Shown in pieces: positions 59,944 to 64,000 of a stretch of 64,000 bases of DNA. This DNA is from an uncultured delta proteobacterium (GTDB taxonomy: Bacteria; Desulfobacterota; Binatia; UBA9968). The notes beneath the pieces were generated by a model. It made no database searches, was not told the origin of the DNA, and was given only the letters and a program-made list of their open reading frames with translations. Position numbers and translations under genes: made by a program. The stretch is taken from the NCBI GenBank assembly GCA_963840855.1, contig CAWJBB010000031.1, positions 1-64,000 of the forward strand, written 5' to 3'. The first letter of the stretch is position 1; every line of letters begins with the position of its first letter.

Positions 59944-60708
59944 ATGCGTACCCTGACTTATCAATTTGACCTTATCTCTCATCTCGTTCAACGTGATTTT
60001 CGCTTACACTATACCGGGTCAATATTAGGAGTTCTCTGGTCAGTTGTGCTCCCCCTCGTCCAGCTGTTGGTGTTTGTCTTTCTTTTCAGCAGAGTCGTCC
60101 CATTAGACATCGATGACTATCCGGCTTTTGTTTTTAGCGCTTTGCTGCCTTGGACTTGGTTCAGTAATTGTGTCAGTTCAGCGGCTGGTGTCTTTACTGG
60201 CAATCGCGATATGCTCCGAAGACCTCGTTTTGCACCTGCGACATTAATCGTTGTCAACACGCTATCAAATCTTCTGACCTATTTGGTCAGTTTGCCCATT
60301 CTGTTCGGTGTGCTTGCATGGCATGGCCGCACTTTAAGCGTAGCCCTATTGTTGTTTCCACTTTTACTCCTCATCCAGAGCATTTTATTGATTGGGCTCG
60401 GACTGATTGTAGCAACGCTAAACGTTTTTTATCGAGACATTCAATATCTCACCCGGGTGGCGCTCTCGCTCCTATTTTATTTGATCCCTGTTTTCTATCG
60501 CCCACAGCAACTCGGTACGAATTATTCTGAAATTCTGATGATGAATCCAATCGCGGTGTTGATCCAAAGTTATCGAGATATTTTCTTTTTTCAGCGTACG
60601 CCAGAATGGAACGCGCTCTTTTTTACTACTGTCGCTAGTCTCGTTACGGGTAGCCTCGGATACCTAATTTACTGCCGTCAGCAGCCACACATCATCGATG
60701 CCCTCTAG
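59944..60708 (+). CDS. wzm: ABC-2 polysaccharide export permease
   Basis: RDFRLHYTGSILGVLW, NVFYRDI, NPI..YRDI. Confidence 0.87.
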   Translation: MRTLTYQFDLISHLVQRDFRLHYTGSILGVLWSVVLPLVQLLVFVFLFSRVVPLDIDDYPAFVFSALLPWTWFSNCVSSAAGVFTGNRDMLRRPRFAPATLIVVNTLSNLLTYLVSLPILFGVLAWHGRTLSVALLLFPLLLLIQSILLIGLGLIVATLNVFYRDIQYLTRVALSLLFYLIPVFYRPQQLGTNYSEILMMNPIAVLIQSYRDIFFFQRTPEWNALFFTTVASLVTGSLGYLIYCRQQPHIIDAL

Positions 60709-60716
60709 TCTCGGCT

Positions 60717-61970
60717 ATGCCCACGATATTGATAGTAGAGTCCGTCTCCAAACAATTTCATCTCCGGGGAGGGCGTCCAGTAACAATCCGTGGACTAATC
60801 ACTCGTTGCCTCAGCGGCGGACCTTGGAGAAATCGGACGTTGTGGGCATTGCGCGACGTCAGTTTTACCGTGGAACAAGGGCAAGTGCTTGGAATCATTG
60901 GTCACAACGGCGCGGGCAAAAGTACACTGCTGCGCTTAATTTGCGGATTAGGGCGGCCCACTGCGGGGCGGATTCGTTGCACGGGTCTTGTCAGCGGCTT
61001 GCTCGAACTCGGCAGCGGATTTCACCCGGACCTTACCGGACGGGAGAATATTCTCACAGCTGGTTTACTGAATGGCAGGACAAGAAAACAGGTCCAGGCG
61101 GGAGAAAAGGAGATCATCGCCTTCGCCGAGCTGGAAGATTTTATCGATCAACCAGTTCGCACGTATTCGAGCGGTATGTATCTGCGTCTCGCCTTCGCCG
61201 TTGCCATGCACTTTGACCCCGAGGTTCTAATTCTTGACGAGGTTTTAGCGGTCGGAGATGCGCGCTTTCAGCAGAAGTGCCTTGATCGATTGGTAACCTT
61301 CCGCAAAGCCCGCAAGACCCTGATCCTGACCTCGCACGATATGATGCAAATTAAGACATTATGTGATCAGGTTGTTGTCTTAGAAGAAGGTCGCATAGTC
61401 ATGCAAGGTGACCCGGAAAGCGCCGAGCAGTGCTACTATGATTTGATGCGTCAACGAACTGAAAAGCGCGCGGCACAGATTTCGGGAACCGCTAACTCTC
61501 TTAGCCTTGCCGTCTCGCAGGGCAGCCGGCAGGGAACGCAGGAAGCGACGATCTGTGACGTGCGTTTCTACGACAAGAGTGAGCAAGTGACCGACCGCAT
61601 GCAATCTGGCGATAGCCTGACAATCGAACTGGAATACCGCTTGGAAAAACCGCTGGCCGATCTCGCGCTTAATCTGGGAATCTCCAACGAAGCTTATGTA
61701 AACTGCTTTGAAATCGCCGTTCTTTCGACTCGAGCGACGTTCGGTCCCCTGGCTAGCGCGGGCATCTTGCGCTGCCATTTTCCCGAAATACCGCTTCTTC
61801 CTGGCTGCTATTACGTAAACGTCGGGCTCTATCCCATCGACTGGGGTTATAAGTACGACCATCATTGGCATATGCATCCTTTGAAAATATTGCAGAACCC
61901 GGGAGAACCGTCTCAAGTAACTGGCGTGGTTTCACTCAATCCGCGTTGGTCTGCTCCAGAAACACTTTAA
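60717..61970 (+). CDS. wzt: Polysaccharide export ATPase with C-terminal carbohydrate-binding domain
   Basis: GHNGAGKST, GFHPDLTGREN, YSSGM, DEVLAVGD, Wzt_C-like tail. Confidence 0.9.
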   Translation: MPTILIVESVSKQFHLRGGRPVTIRGLITRCLSGGPWRNRTLWALRDVSFTVEQGQVLGIIGHNGAGKSTLLRLICGLGRPTAGRIRCTGLVSGLLELGSGFHPDLTGRENILTAGLLNGRTRKQVQAGEKEIIAFAELEDFIDQPVRTYSSGMYLRLAFAVAMHFDPEVLILDEVLAVGDARFQQKCLDRLVTFRKARKTLILTSHDMMQIKTLCDQVVVLEEGRIVMQGDPESAEQCYYDLMRQRTEKRAAQISGTANSLSLAVSQGSRQGTQEATICDVRFYDKSEQVTDRMQSGDSLTIELEYRLEKPLADLALNLGISNEAYVNCFEIAVLSTRATFGPLASAGILRCHFPEIPLLPGCYYVNVGLYPIDWGYKYDHHWHMHPLKILQNPGEPSQVTGVVSLNPRWSAPETL

Positions 61971-62327
61971 AACGCCGTGGCCGGAAAGCGAGACTAAATG
62001 CAGGACTGTCCATTGTCTTTCCTCATGCTTAAAATTGTGGACGCCACGTGGCTATTTCGTGACTCCACGCTGTACACTGGCCCGCCAAATCAAACGGACC
62101 TTCTTCCTTGAAACACGTGGCGCATCACTTGGCGGTCGCGCACGTCATCGTCGTGGGCTCGAAAGTTCTGCGTGTTCTGCATCAGACGACGCAGGTTGCA
62201 GCGGGTGTCCAGCTCGGGCCGAAGAAGGTCTGCTAGCATGCTGTCGATTCCGACGACGGGCCGGACGCGTTGACCAAAAAGCCCGACCCCGCAGACCCGA
62301 TGAATTTGCTGGACACAAGGTCAGCCT

Positions 62328-63536
62328 TCATCTTTCTTCTCTCCCGACCGGTTGTGTTTCTCTCAGATAGATGACCTGTGCCTCGAGCAACATTAAGACA
62401 TAATCCACAAAGCGGGTCCCCACGAGGATAATGGCAATGGACCAGAAGAAAGACATTGCGATAAACCGGGACCAATGTTCAAAGGTAGCGCCCGTGTGCA
62501 CCAGTTCAAGAAAACTGGGCAGCACCAAGAGTCCTCCCACGGTTATAAGCCCGAGCGGAACCAGCCAAAAACCTGGGCTCCGGACAAACCGGGAAACAGC
62601 CTGAAACCTCCAGCCCATCTTCCTCTTCTCTGCGAGGGCGATTTGCACCACCCGGGCGCTCAAGTAACTGGCTGACAAAAACAGGAAGGCGATGATACCC
62701 GCAAGATGGCTTACTACAAAACGGTAGATCATCCATTCCTGAACGGCCTGGTGTCGGAGATAATATATAACCGGGGTTACCATCAAGAGGCATGCGCAAC
62801 TGAAAGAAACTAGACTCAAGATAATGAGGGGCCGGGCAGGACGGTATAGAAAAGATGCTTCCAAAATGGCTTTCAGGAAACGCACCCCGTCCTTCCCCAG
62901 CCGGAGTTTGGATTCACCTTCCCGCTCATGGTAGGGCATGTCGATTTCCCGGATCCGCAGGTTCCCCAGAACAGCCCGGGCGCTCATGGCCGGGGTGAAG
63001 TGCAATCCGTCCGGAAGGGGAAGAAGCGTCCAAAGGCTTCCCCGGCGGACCACACGCATACCGCTCGCGGTATCGCTCACGCGGGAGGAGGATAAAAGGC
63101 TTAAGAGGGTTGAGAAGAGCCGGTTCCCAAATCGGCGGACCCACGGCATTCTGCTATCTTTATTTAGACGGGAACCAAGAACCATTTCGGCTTCTTCTCG
63201 GACTATCGTCGAGCAAAGTTGAGCAAAAAAACGAGGCTCGCAAGTTCCATCAGCGTCTAAAAACCCGAGAAGGTCGGCATCGGATTGGCGCCAAGCTTCT
63301 TTGATTGCGGCGCCATAACCTCGATTCTTCGGAAAAACAATGAGTTTGATCCTTTCGCCGAATTCACGCGCACGTTCAACCGTCCGGTCCGTTGATCCGT
63401 CGCTGACGACGGTAATATCCACTTCGGTCACCGGAGAATAGGTCGTGATTTCGTCCTTTGCTGCGATACAGCGTTTAATGATACCCTGGATGCTCTCCTC
63501 TTCATTTAGCGCGGGAATCGCGATAAGTAATTTCAT
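62328..63536 (-). CDS. GT2 (DPM1-like) glycosyltransferase with C-terminal TMs
   Basis: IPALNEE, VSDGSTD, NRGYGAA, LDADG, DTASGMR, REGESKL. Confidence 0.88.
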   Translation of the reverse strand: MKLLIAIPALNEEESIQGIIKRCIAAKDEITTYSPVTEVDITVVSDGSTDRTVERAREFGERIKLIVFPKNRGYGAAIKEAWRQSDADLLGFLDADGTCEPRFFAQLCSTIVREEAEMVLGSRLNKDSRMPWVRRFGNRLFSTLLSLLSSSRVSDTASGMRVVRRGSLWTLLPLPDGLHFTPAMSARAVLGNLRIREIDMPYHEREGESKLRLGKDGVRFLKAILEASFLYRPARPLIILSLVSFSCACLLMVTPVIYYLRHQAVQEWMIYRFVVSHLAGIIAFLFLSASYLSARVVQIALAEKRKMGWRFQAVSRFVRSPGFWLVPLGLITVGGLLVLPSFLELVHTGATFEHWSRFIAMSFFWSIAIILVGTRFVDYVLMLLEAQVIYLRETQPVGREER

Positions 63537-63571
63537 AACTTACTCTTGAAAACCCAGGCTCCGTAAGAAAT

Positions 63572-64000
63572 TCATTGCTCTCCCTTGTCCCGATCTTCGG
63601 ATCGTACTCGCTCGTAAATACGAACCAGCCCCTTTTCATCCGTGTACACAAACTTCCAGGCCTGTGAATTTTCCTGGACGAGAGGATGAATGTAAGCGTT
63701 GACAAATTGCATCTCCCCTTCAAAATTCAAGACGATGTAGGTAACAGGAACGGAATCTAATAGGGCCTGAGCCCGACCGCGATTCGACTCCAGAGGGGGC
63801 CTCACCGCCTTCAATCCCTTCCTCAAGTAAACCCAGTGAGGCATCGAGGCGGCCACGACATCGGTTGATTTTGCTCTTTTTTTCAACCAATCCAGACCGT
63901 GATCAAGTGACTCGGCCGAAGGTTTGTAATAGAATAACCGATAGTCAACGATCTTGCCGTCGTAGGTTTCCGAGCTGACCTTATCAAGATGATATTTGTA
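63572..64000 (-). CDS. C-terminal part of a probable membrane glycosyltransferase-like protein, 5' end outside window
   Basis: Open frame toward the window edge: ...LDWLKKRAKSTDVVAASMPHWVYLRKG...VTYIVL. Confidence 0.5.
   Translation of the reverse strand, partial: YKYHLDKVSSETYDGKIVDYRLFYYKPSAESLDHGLDWLKKRAKSTDVVAASMPHWVYLRKGLKAVRPPLESNRGRAQALLDSVPVTYIVLNFEGEMQFVNAYIHPLVQENSQAWKFVYTDEKGLVRIYERVRSEDRDKGEQ

Noticed and set aside
61975-62325. ORFs and CACGTG palindromes between wzt and the GT2 gene
   Set aside because: No coherent protein motif or repeat structure.

Overview
GC-rich, diderm bacterial chromosomal window. Gene content and style suggest a Deltaproteobacteria/Candidatus Binatia-like genome (inference only). 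Bases 1-49 kb are core and metabolic: a molybdopterin oxidoreductase pair, a TolC-MFP-RND efflux operon, bamD with a very long C-terminal tail, futalosine-route menaquinone genes, dinB, clpB, a KaiC-like ATPase beside a 1019-aa coiled-coil protein, hisC, recD2, amidohydrolases, an F420 cluster (cofG-D-C-E-npdG, no cofH) and an ECF sigma/anti-sigma locus whose promoter can be read twice. Bases 49.5-54.7 kb look acquired (DUF899/regulator cassette, AhpD-like plus adenylate cyclase pair). From tRNA-Leu(CAA) rightwards lies a decayed island: an integrase with attP-like symmetric flanks, a tRNA-Phe fragment, an IS, a DISARM DrmD-like helicase relic and wzm/wzt-glycosyltransferase genes. The most striking unexplained signal is at least 11 dispersed GTTCAA-based 7/9-nt tandem arrays, often as inverted pairs and once in-frame inside a gene. 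Five single-base frameshifts in ordinary genes are most likely sequencing errors.
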